The translations under genes and the position numbers were made by a program. This document shows, piece after piece, positions 55,765-64,000 of a DNA stretch of 64,000 nt. Within the stretch, counting starts at the first letter, position 1. Each line of letters starts with the position of its first letter. A model generated the notes under the pieces. The model did no database searches. It was given only the letters and a program-made list of their open reading frames with translations, and was not told where the DNA came from. Location: assembly GCA_963662285.2 (NCBI GenBank), contig CAXXMV010000002.1, forward strand, positions 128,001 through 192,000, given 5' to 3'. The DNA is from a bacterium. Its GTDB lineage: Bacteria; Hinthialibacterota; Hinthialibacteria; Hinthialibacterales; Hinthialibacteraceae.

Positions 55765-58302
55765 ATGTCGCATCAGAATAACACTGATTCTATTATTAAA
55801 GCCGTTGCGGAAGTATGTCCCCATTTCCCTCATCATAAAGCCGAAGGGAAGTGGCAAAAACGCTGGGAACAAGAGAAAGCCTTTTCTACTCAGGAAAATG
55901 GTGGAGATAAAAAGTTTTATTGTCTGGAAATGTTCCCCTATCCCTCAGGCAAGTTGCACATGGGGCATTTACGCAATTACGCCATCGGCGACGTCATGGC
56001 GCGTTATTACCGCATGAAAGGTTTTAGCGTGTTGCATCCGATGGGCTACGATGCGTTCGGTCTTCCGGCGGAGAACGCAGCTATCAAGAATAAGGTTCAT
56101 CCTAACCATTGGACTTTTAACAATATTAAAGAGATGAAGGATCAGCAGACCGCGTTGGGTTTGTCCTATGACTGGGAAAAGGATATCGCCACCTGCCACC
56201 CCGAATATTACAAATGGGGTCAATGGCTCTTTTTGAAGTTCTGGGAAAAAGGTCTGGTCTATAAGAAAGAGGGGCTGCTTAACTGGTGTCCTGATTGTCA
56301 GACGGTGTTGGCCAACGAACAGGTGGTGGATGGTTCGTGCTGGCGTTGCGATACTACGGTTGTGCAAAAGCACATGCCGCAGTGGTATATCAAGATTACT
56401 GATTACGCTGAAGAATTGTTGAATGATCTGGATAAACTTGACGAATGGCCGCATAAAGTTCTGGTGATGCAACGCAACTGGATCGGGCGTTCGGAAGGCG
56501 CCGAGATTGTATTTAAGATTGCTGATGGCGCCGAAGCGGGGCGGGAAATTCCAGTGTTTACCACGCGACCGGATACCATTTTCGGTTCAACCTACATGGT
56601 TTTGGCGCCGGAGCATTCCCTGGTTGAAACGTTGATTGCGGGGATGGAAAACGAGACGCAATGCCGCGAGTTCATCGAAAAAGTTGCGAAGATGGAGAAA
56701 ATGGATCGCACCGATGATTCGACTAAAAAAGAAGGCGTCTTTACCGGAAGATACGCCATTAATCCCGTCAATCAGGAAAAAATTCCGATATGGATCGCTA
56801 ACTATGTTCTGGTCGAATATGGCACCGGAGCGGTTATGGCGGTTCCGACGCATGACCAGCGTGATTTTGAGTTTGCCAGGGAATATGATCTCCCCATGCG
56901 GGTGGTTATAAAACCGGAGGACGCTGAATTTAATACAGCTGAAGATATGACTGAAGCCTGGGTTGATGCGGGATTGATGGTTAATTCAGCCCAGTTCGAT
57001 GGACTTCCAAACGATGAAGGCAAGAAGAAAGTTACGGTGTGGATGGAAGATCAAGGCATGGGAAAATCTTCTATCAATTACCGTTTGCGCGACTGGGGCA
57101 TCTCGCGCCAGAGATATTGGGGAATGCCGATTCCCTTGATCTATTGCGACGCCTGCGGCGTGGTTACCGTGCCGGAGGATCAACTTCCGGTGCAGCTGCC
57201 GCTTGATGTTGAGATTAAAGGCGATGGCTCGCCGCTGGCGCGTCATGAAGGCTTCCAGAAGGTTGCGTGCCCCAAGTGCGGCGCCCAGGCCAAGCGCGAG
57301 TCTGATACTATCGACACATTCTGGGATTCATCCTGGTATTTCCTGCGTTATATAGACGCCCGTAATGATGAGGCGCCGTTTAGCGTGGAAAAAGCCAATG
57401 AATGGATGCCGGTTGATCTTTATATAGGCGGGGTGGAACATGCGGTGCTGCATTTGTTATATTCCCGCTTTTTCACAAAGGCTTTGCGCGACGTTGGTCT
57501 GGTTAATGTGGATGAACCGTTCAAGAAACTGGTGACGCAGGGCATGGTGACCAAAGATGGCGCCAAAATGTCTAAATCCAAGGGTAATGTGGTTGATCCT
57601 GCCGTTATCGTTGATAAGTATGGATCAGATGCCGCAAGGGTATTTATTTTGTTTACTTCTCCCCCGGAGCGCGACCTGGAATGGAGCGACGAGGGCGTGG
57701 TCGGGGCGTCACGGTTTATTGACCGCATCTACCGGCTGGTTATGCGGTTTGCTGAATCCTTGAAGAATGAGCCGGTTGTTAAGGCCGATAAAATTGGTGA
57801 ATCGGCGCAATCACTGCGTAGGATATGTCATAAAACAATAGAAGCAGTTACTGTGGATATTGAAGAGAGAATAGGACTCAATACCTCAATTGCCAAAATC
57901 ATGGAGCTGGTCAATGAAATGTACCGCTTCACGGAAAAAGATACGATCAACAAATGTGATTTTCCGGTATTCCGTGAGTCGGTTGAAACGCTGCTGCGTT
58001 TGTTTTCACCCTTCGCTCCGCATATTTGCGATGAGTTATATGAAGCCATAGGCGGCGAGGGTTTTGTGTTGGATCAGGAATGGCCTAAGCATAATCCGGC
58101 ATATTTGCAGAGCGAGACCATGCTGCTGGTGGTGCAGGTCAACGGTAAGGTTCGGGGGAAAGTTACGGTTCCGTCAGACGCAGATAAAGATGTTGTGTGG
58201 GAAGCGGCGCTCAAAGAAGAACAGATTGTGCGTTGGTTGGAAGATAAGGAACCGAAGAAGGTTATTTACGTTCCAAAGAAGTTGATGAATATTGTTATTT
58301 AG
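55765..58302 (+). CDS. leuS: Leucine--tRNA ligase
   Basis: MFPYPSG.LHMGH, FTTRPDT, SRQRYWG, KMSKS. Confidence 0.98.
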   Translation: MSHQNNTDSIIKAVAEVCPHFPHHKAEGKWQKRWEQEKAFSTQENGGDKKFYCLEMFPYPSGKLHMGHLRNYAIGDVMARYYRMKGFSVLHPMGYDAFGLPAENAAIKNKVHPNHWTFNNIKEMKDQQTALGLSYDWEKDIATCHPEYYKWGQWLFLKFWEKGLVYKKEGLLNWCPDCQTVLANEQVVDGSCWRCDTTVVQKHMPQWYIKITDYAEELLNDLDKLDEWPHKVLVMQRNWIGRSEGAEIVFKIADGAEAGREIPVFTTRPDTIFGSTYMVLAPEHSLVETLIAGMENETQCREFIEKVAKMEKMDRTDDSTKKEGVFTGRYAINPVNQEKIPIWIANYVLVEYGTGAVMAVPTHDQRDFEFAREYDLPMRVVIKPEDAEFNTAEDMTEAWVDAGLMVNSAQFDGLPNDEGKKKVTVWMEDQGMGKSSINYRLRDWGISRQRYWGMPIPLIYCDACGVVTVPEDQLPVQLPLDVEIKGDGSPLARHEGFQKVACPKCGAQAKRESDTIDTFWDSSWYFLRYIDARNDEAPFSVEKANEWMPVDLYIGGVEHAVLHLLYSRFFTKALRDVGLVNVDEPFKKLVTQGMVTKDGAKMSKSKGNVVDPAVIVDKYGSDAARVFILFTSPPERDLEWSDEGVVGASRFIDRIYRLVMRFAESLKNEPVVKADKIGESAQSLRRICHKTIEAVTVDIEERIGLNTSIAKIMELVNEMYRFTEKDTINKCDFPVFRESVETLLRLFSPFAPHICDELYEAIGGEGFVLDQEWPKHNPAYLQSETMLLVVQVNGKVRGKVTVPSDADKDVVWEAALKEEQIVRWLEDKEPKKVIYVPKKLMNIVI

Positions 58303-58327
58303 AGTGGTTTGAGGTATTTGGGAATTA

Positions 58328-58430
58328 GTAGGTGGTTTAGGGCGCCCACGAGGGGCGCACCCTACATGGTTATAGATTGGGGTGTTTGTAAATTTCTCCT
58401 CACCCTTACCCTCTCCCGATGGGAGATGGG
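58328..58430 (-). repeat. REP A with GTAGGTGGTTT tail and REP E
   Basis: Matches other copies. Confidence 0.85.
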
Positions 58431-58478
58431 ATTTATATGCAGTAGTGGAATATTGATTATTTATGACGGGGTTCTGAC

Positions 58479-59195
58479 ATGCGTAAGGGTGAGTTGGTTC
58501 TTGCTGCGGTGTTGGTCGTCATTATATTGGCGGGAATCTCTTATGAATCGATGCGCGGCGCCGGGAAAGATGCGGAAGTTATTATCGCGCATCCCGGCGA
58601 GACGCCTTTTGATGCGCAGGAGTCATCTGCTCCGGCAATAGATAAGAAAGTTAATAATCCAGTAGCTTCTCCTACCAAGAGTAATTCTCCTGATATCACG
58701 ATAATCGCCATATTTAATAGAGCTACGCAACCGGAATTAGAGGATTTGCCGGGGATTGGTCCGGTTCTGGCGCAGCGGATTTTGGCTAAGCGTCAGGCGT
58801 TGGGGCGGTTTTCCACTATTAATGATATTTTGTCGGTTTCAGGTATTGGGCAGGCGAAGTTGAATTCTCTTTTAGAAGCCATGCAGCAGAAGAGCGTTCA
58901 GCAAAATCCTGTCAGGCCGTATGTTCCACTTTATCCTACCAGGCTGGCGCCTTCTTATAATCCACGTCAGTTGGCGCCGAAACCTACTCTACACCGCACG
59001 ACTATTTCGATTAATAATGCCAACAAAGAAGAGCTGATGGCTGTATCAGGTATTGGGGAGATGCTGGCGGAGTCTATTATTAAAGCCCGTGACAAAAGAG
59101 GGAAGTTCCGGTCTTGGAATGATGTATCGAAAGTTTCTGGAATTGGAGACAAACGTTTGGAAATGCTCAAGGAACGTTTTACGATTTCGCCGTAG
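58479..59195 (+). CDS. ComEA-like DNA-binding protein with two HhH modules
   Basis: N-terminal TM; LPGIGPVLA..VSGIG and ININNA..EL..VSGIG..VSGIG. Confidence 0.85.
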   Translation: MRKGELVLAAVLVVIILAGISYESMRGAGKDAEVIIAHPGETPFDAQESSAPAIDKKVNNPVASPTKSNSPDITIIAIFNRATQPELEDLPGIGPVLAQRILAKRQALGRFSTINDILSVSGIGQAKLNSLLEAMQQKSVQQNPVRPYVPLYPTRLAPSYNPRQLAPKPTLHRTTISINNANKEELMAVSGIGEMLAESIIKARDKRGKFRSWNDVSKVSGIGDKRLEMLKERFTISP

Positions 59196-59235
59196 TGGTT
59201 TTGGTGGGCTACGCTTCGCTTTTAGCCCACCCTAC
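59195..59235 (-). repeat. REP family B with tail
   Basis: Reverse complement of the 12975 copy. Confidence 0.9.
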
Positions 59236-59244
59236 GCTTGAGGT

Positions 59245-59817
59245 TTATCTGGTGAAGGGGTATTCGTTTTTCCTTTCCGCCATTAAAGGAGTGACAATCG
59301 CGCCCTGGCTCACTAGCCCGTTTGAAATCTGATAGGGCACGGAAACCTCGCTTGCTTTATCCATGTCAGGTCCTACTGAACGGCAATAGAAGGCGGCGTT
59401 CAGGGTTTCGTCTGCATAGCGGCGTGCGCCGGCGTCTCCGGTTGCATAGAACTCATTGCGCATTTGATAACCCGGTTCCATGTGATATTGACCTTTATAC
59501 CAACCGAGTGTGGCGGCGGCGGTTACGCCTTCTTTCTGGAAGGGATCTATCAGAGATGTGTTTAAGTATGGGATGGGCGTGGTTACAAAGCGGTGTTGAG
59601 CAAGGTCGCCATCTATATGGGGCGGCCATTTGTTGTTGTCCAGGTAGTACATCTGGTACGCGTCGCAGATAGATTTTTCTTCCGCATAAACCTTGGTGAT
59701 TAATGCGCGTAAGCGGGCCTGGATGAAGTTGGGGACGGCGATAGCGGCAAGTATTCCTATTATAGCGACGACGATGAGCAACTCGATTAATGTAAAGGCT
59801 TTGATTTTTTTCATCAT
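59245..59817 (-). CDS. Prepilin-type N-terminal cleavage/methylation protein
   Basis: KIKA/FTLIELLIVVAIIGILAAIAVPNF; TTPIPY, DPF, SVGPD. Confidence 0.9.
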   Translation of the reverse strand: MMKKIKAFTLIELLIVVAIIGILAAIAVPNFIQARLRALITKVYAEEKSICDAYQMYYLDNNKWPPHIDGDLAQHRFVTTPIPYLNTSLIDPFQKEGVTAAATLGWYKGQYHMEPGYQMRNEFYATGDAGARRYADETLNAAFYCRSVGPDMDKASEVSVPYQISNGLVSQGAIVTPLMAERKNEYPFTR

Positions 59818-59925
59818 TGTGCTGGTCTCCATATACTTATATAAAACATAATGGATTATGGTTAAAGGGGATTTTTAGAAATGAAGGAATTATTTTTAAA
59901 TTTAAAATGGTTTGAGGATAAATAA

Positions 59926-60516
59926 ATGTACGTTAAAAAAAAGTCAATGCTATGGGAAATAGTTCTAATCGTGTGCATTGCGTCTGTCGTCTTCGGTTGC
60001 AGAAACACAGCAAAAAATAAGGATGATTTCTTTGAAATCAGGCATAATAATGAATTAAAAGCTTACGGCGCCTTGATTATGGATATGCCTCATGATGGCC
60101 CTTATGATATGAGATGGTACGTATTGCTTCCAAAGTATGCCATCGATAATTTTGATGCCTTTGATATCTATACTCCTAAAACAGAGCAATCATTCACTGT
60201 TAAAACAGATAAGCTTAAATATTGGGAAATCGGGGAATGTGGAGTGTGTGTGGTCTTTTTTTCTTATGAACTACTTGCTATACCAGATATTTATACGAGT
60301 GCTTTTAATGAGATGGGATTTATATCGCTGGAGAGAAAAAAGTTATGGAAAATCACTACGGCTGATTTTTGCGTCTCTCCGCAAAAGCCTGGAAAAGGAT
60401 GTGAATACGAAGACTTATACAAGAATTTTGCTATGCTGAGAGAAACCATTCAAAACGACCTTCCATTAGAATTTCGGGAAAATTTTTTAATGCCAAAAAG
60501 TAGTAGCAAACCCTAA
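59926..60516 (+). CDS. Hypothetical lipoprotein
   Basis: Lipobox-like VFGC; GAGGA RBS. Confidence 0.6.
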   Translation: MYVKKKSMLWEIVLIVCIASVVFGCRNTAKNKDDFFEIRHNNELKAYGALIMDMPHDGPYDMRWYVLLPKYAIDNFDAFDIYTPKTEQSFTVKTDKLKYWEIGECGVCVVFFSYELLAIPDIYTSAFNEMGFISLERKKLWKITTADFCVSPQKPGKGCEYEDLYKNFAMLRETIQNDLPLEFRENFLMPKSSSKP

Positions 60517-60530
60517 GGTTATCGACAACA

Positions 60531-60670
60531 ACCCCCTCTTGAATTCTCCCCCAAACTTGGGGGAGAGGGGTTTTGTAATGTAACTCGTTGTATCGTTTAG
60601 ACTTAGTTATACAAAATACCGTGATCAAACATTCCTCTCCCAAGATTGGGAGAGGTTAGGTGAGGGTTGA
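60531..60670. repeat. Two REP E2 palindromes
   Basis: Similar to 22356 and inverted relative to 25535 and 25676. Confidence 0.8.
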
Positions 60671-60698
60671 TATCAGCAATCTTCGTAGATGTAAAAGT

Positions 60699-60733
60699 AA
60701 AAAAATCCCTTTCGATAAAGAAAGGGATTTTTT
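60699..60733. terminator. Bidirectional terminator-like hairpin
   Basis: AAAAAAATCCCTTTC...GAAAGGGATTTTTT. Confidence 0.8.
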
Positions 60734-60758
60734 GATATTATGCGATAAAACTGTTTGA

Positions 60759-62318
60759 TTAGCTGAGAGTTAACCATTTCATACCGGCTTTTCTGACTGC
60801 GTATTCAGTTTCTTTCAGGTAGTTGCCATAGCATAGCATCCAATGGAAGCCTTTGGTCTCCTCGTTTAATTTATCGGTGTCGCATTTGAATTGGACGTCT
60901 ATTTGTGAGCGGCAGATATCCAGGAACGGGTTGTCGATGATTTCTGCTTCGAAGCCGTTCCATTGTTTAAAGTTAAAGTCGGGATCAATCACGGTGATTT
61001 TTTGACCTAACTTCATTTCGACCTTAGGCGCCGCTCCCCAGTCGGATTCAAAGTGGGTTAGGATTTTGGCTGGTTCATAGTTTTCGCCATCCATTTTCCG
61101 TGGCGCGGTGCAATGAGCTAGAGTAACGATTCCATCATGGGGATAGGTCGGGTCTTGCAGGAATGACGGTTTGCCGGAGATGTAATGCAGCAGAATGCCA
61201 GATGGAATAACGACGAAGTCCGACTCGCAGAAGGCGAGGTAGCCGTCATCGTTTAGTAATGAAAGTGGAAGACAGGCGGTCGTCTCTGAAACCTGCATAA
61301 TGGTTCCCATGCAGGAGTTTATTGTGATAGCGTCGGTATTGCATTCTTTCATCACCTGGTGAAAGACCTCGGTCAATAAAAAACATTTGGTGACGAAGGT
61401 TTCTGAAGTATCCAGAGAGATGCCGTCTTGTTTGAGGTATTTTCGGGCCTCTTCATTGCACCATTTAACTAGCGTTTGGTTTTGCTTGGCCGCTATGATG
61501 CGCTTGCCTAAATCGTCATAGGTGACGTCGATCAGGTTCATCTTGAAAATGTCGCGGGTGTGCTGAGGAGCTGCACGGCCTCCGTTGCCCCAACCGCTGG
61601 CGCCGCCGATGCAGACCACGCTTTTATTCATGGTGTTTTTTAGTCCAGCCAGAGCGCGAAGTCTCCAGAGGATTTCGTCGGGTCGGTCAACGATTACGTC
61701 TTTGGTATCAACGCCGGGTTGGCCGAATTCGTCGACGGTTTTGCGCAGGAATCTATTGGAGATTATCTCATACCATAGATAGACCGGGCCTGATTTATGC
61801 CGCAGAAAAACCAGAGTCCATTTATCGGGATTGGTAAGCGTTTCGAGCGTATCGCCCCAGGAACCTGCAGCGTAAATAATCAAGACGTCATGATCTCCAT
61901 TGGTTATCTTGGCAGCTTGTTCGGGATTTTGAGCGGAAAGTATGGGCAACATCTCAACCGGGAAATCGGATTTTTTTTCTAACTCATTGAGTTCTTTGCT
62001 GATGCGCTCTCTTTCTTGCGTAGCGTCCTGCTCGGTTTGAATAGCGCCCCAGGAACGCCAGCTGGTTCCTTCGCGTCTTTGAGGCACGCTATAAACCAGC
62101 ACGGGCTGCACCTTTAAGGAGGAGCGTATCTTTCCAAGCCTGACAGGCTCTTTGGCTGCGGCAGATGTTGCTGTAAGAGTAGAAAGTGCAATTCCGCCAG
62201 CTGTTATTGCTCCACAACTGGAGATGAAGCTGCGGCGGCTTATGCCTGAATTGGCGTGATCGGGACATGATCTGGAAGTACAACAGTTGCAATGAGAATG
62301 TGGTGATAGACCGGACAT
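60759..62318 (-). CDS. Tat-exported L-fucose/L-arabinose isomerase-like protein
   Basis: SRRSF signal; C-terminal LNDDG..AFCESD, GKPSF, LAHCTAP, CRSQ. Confidence 0.6.
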   Translation of the reverse strand: MSGLSPHSHCNCCTSRSCPDHANSGISRRSFISSCGAITAGGIALSTLTATSAAAKEPVRLGKIRSSLKVQPVLVYSVPQRREGTSWRSWGAIQTEQDATQERERISKELNELEKKSDFPVEMLPILSAQNPEQAAKITNGDHDVLIIYAAGSWGDTLETLTNPDKWTLVFLRHKSGPVYLWYEIISNRFLRKTVDEFGQPGVDTKDVIVDRPDEILWRLRALAGLKNTMNKSVVCIGGASGWGNGGRAAPQHTRDIFKMNLIDVTYDDLGKRIIAAKQNQTLVKWCNEEARKYLKQDGISLDTSETFVTKCFLLTEVFHQVMKECNTDAITINSCMGTIMQVSETTACLPLSLLNDDGYLAFCESDFVVIPSGILLHYISGKPSFLQDPTYPHDGIVTLAHCTAPRKMDGENYEPAKILTHFESDWGAAPKVEMKLGQKITVIDPDFNFKQWNGFEAEIIDNPFLDICRSQIDVQFKCDTDKLNEETKGFHWMLCYGNYLKETEYAVRKAGMKWLTLS

Positions 62319-62381
62319 AATAATTTCTCCTCATGGATAATGATATATAACATGTTTGCCGGGAGGTGTTCTCAAATTACT

Positions 62382-62602
62382 CCTCACCCTATCCTTCTCC
62401 CGTGGGGAGAGGGAACCGGATTATCCGGCATATTTGGTTATTAATGATTCTTTAGCAATTATAAAAATCGCTACTTGGGTATTGTTTCATAGATTAGAAG
62501 AAAAGCATAGATATAAGTTTAATGAATTTTGTTTGTTGGCGGAGTGTTTGAAAAATCTATAGTTGTTGGTAGGTTCGGGCGCCCACGAGGGGCGCGCCCT
62601 AC
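62382..62602 (-). repeat. REP E (62382-62413) and REP A (62576-62602)
   Basis: Match other copies. Confidence 0.8.
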
Positions 62603-62658
62603 ATTTGTATGCGGGAAGTGATGGTTATTCGGGGGGATTTATAATAATAGATATTGAG

Positions 62659-63924
62659 TTAGATGATTTTGGCTTGTTCCTGGTTGAAATGAGTGACCTT
62701 TTGTTCCCGGAGGGAAACAATTCCCATTTGTAGGGCGATTTGTACCGGGAAAGCTAGTTCCAGGGGGCTCCAGGGTTCTTTGCGGGTGCGGCAGCAGGAG
62801 AGGAAATTTTTCCAGAATTCCAGCTGGGATTCTTTTTGTTGGATGGGGTCTACCTTTTTGGGGCGATTATTTCCCGGTTGGGGAGTGACCAGGATGTAGT
62901 CTTTTTCGAAGGTTATGGTTCCTTCGGAGCCTCGTACAATGGTGGGGATGCCATAGTCATTGCCCAGGCAGCAGGTTAGAACAACCGAGATTTTCTCGGG
63001 ATAATCAATGGTCATATTAAAAACATCGGGCACTTCGCGTTCATGGTTATAAAGGAATCTGCCGCCGGAAGCGGTTATGGTTTCCGGCATATCTACCCCT
63101 AACATTTTTTGAATAGGGGTCAGGGTATGAGGGAAAAGGTCGGTTGATGGACCTCCGGCGTAGTCCCAATATAATCTCCACTGGAAGAAACGGCTGACCG
63201 AAAAAGGTCTTTGGGGTGCGTCGCCCAGAAAATTCTCCCATGATAGATCATTGCCCGGTTGGGCGTTTTCGTCATCTATGGGCATACGTTCGCCCCATTC
63301 GCCATTACGGAAATAGCCAGCTTGAACGTGTAATGGTTTGCCTATATCGCCCTGTTTAATCATACGGGCGGCTTGCGACCAGGCGCTGGAGCTCATGCAC
63401 TGGGTTCCGACCTGGACGATCTGTTTTAAGTCTTTTTTTGTTTCGAGCAACTGTTTTGCTAGTTTTTCCTGACGCCAATGAATCAGGGGTTTTTCGCAGT
63501 AGACATCTTTGCCTGCTTTGAGGGCGTCTAGCAGCTGGTAGCCGTGCCAATGATCCGGTGACGTTATAAGTACGGCGTTCACCTTTGGATTATTGAGTAG
63601 CTCGTGGTAGTCAGTATAGGCTATGGCGCCGGTATCTTCTTTGGCTTTTTGCAGGCGGGGGCCGTAGATATCGCAAACCGCTGTGATTTCGATAAGCTCG
63701 CCATCTTCTATCAATTGCTGTAAGAAGCGGATATGAGAGTTACCTCGTCCACCGCAGCCGATAACGCCGATGCCGATTTTTTTATTCGCCGCGTCATCGG
63801 CTGTGTTTTCAGCTGTGACTTCAGCTACTTCTTCAGCCCGGGCGGTGATTCCGTAGGCGGTGGTTGCTCCGATGCTTTTGATGAAACTGCGGCGGGATAC
63901 AGCAGGAATGATCAGCTTTGACAT
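62659..63924 (-). CDS. Tat-exported Gfo/Idh/MocA oxidoreductase
   Basis: SRRSF, IGCGGRG, SPDHWH, YCEKP, FFQWRLYWDYAGG. Confidence 0.92.
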   Translation of the reverse strand: MSKLIIPAVSRRSFIKSIGATTAYGITARAEEVAEVTAENTADDAANKKIGIGVIGCGGRGNSHIRFLQQLIEDGELIEITAVCDIYGPRLQKAKEDTGAIAYTDYHELLNNPKVNAVLITSPDHWHGYQLLDALKAGKDVYCEKPLIHWRQEKLAKQLLETKKDLKQIVQVGTQCMSSSAWSQAARMIKQGDIGKPLHVQAGYFRNGEWGERMPIDDENAQPGNDLSWENFLGDAPQRPFSVSRFFQWRLYWDYAGGPSTDLFPHTLTPIQKMLGVDMPETITASGGRFLYNHEREVPDVFNMTIDYPEKISVVLTCCLGNDYGIPTIVRGSEGTITFEKDYILVTPQPGNNRPKKVDPIQQKESQLEFWKNFLSCCRTRKEPWSPLELAFPVQIALQMGIVSLREQKVTHFNQEQAKII

Positions 63925-64000
63925 TTTTGTTACCTCTAAATGGGGAAAAGATTTTACTCACTAAAAATTACGTTAAATACCCGTCAATGAATATAAGAAA

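Overview
Bacterial chromosomal window (GC roughly low-40s %, estimated by eye) that appears to span the replication origin of a candidate-phylum diderm. The many prepilin-type and Tat-exported proteins resemble Hinthialibacterota/Sumerlaeota/Omnitrophota-like lineages, but this is an impression, not a placement. Origin evidence: dnaN, an AT-rich intergenic region with degenerate DnaA boxes (31.8-32.2 kb) but no dnaA, dapB-rsmG-parA-parB with two perfect parS sites, and a visible strand-skew switch near 32 kb. Housekeeping genes include dnaE, leuS, lpdA-lipB, rlmD, tsaC and a neuB-like gene. Accessory genes include GH9, GH29, two hicAB modules, pilins and lipoproteins. Most notable: (1) a 1710-aa animal-type (CD109/TEP/C3-like) thioester protein with GCGEQ plus the catalytic H-x-E; (2) about 100 copies of the palindrome GGCGCC, resembling a HIP element; (3) several modular REP-like families whose orientation flips at the origin; (4) tandem LRR proteins with pilin-like N-termini lacking a cleavage site; (5) a shared 52-bp tandem NrdR-box-like operator upstream of parAB and of a secreted TPR pair; (6) an Hcy-methyltransferase/MTHFR fusion lacking all Zn ligands; (7) a frameshifted rsmG. 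No rRNA, tRNA or CRISPR array was seen. All counts are manual.
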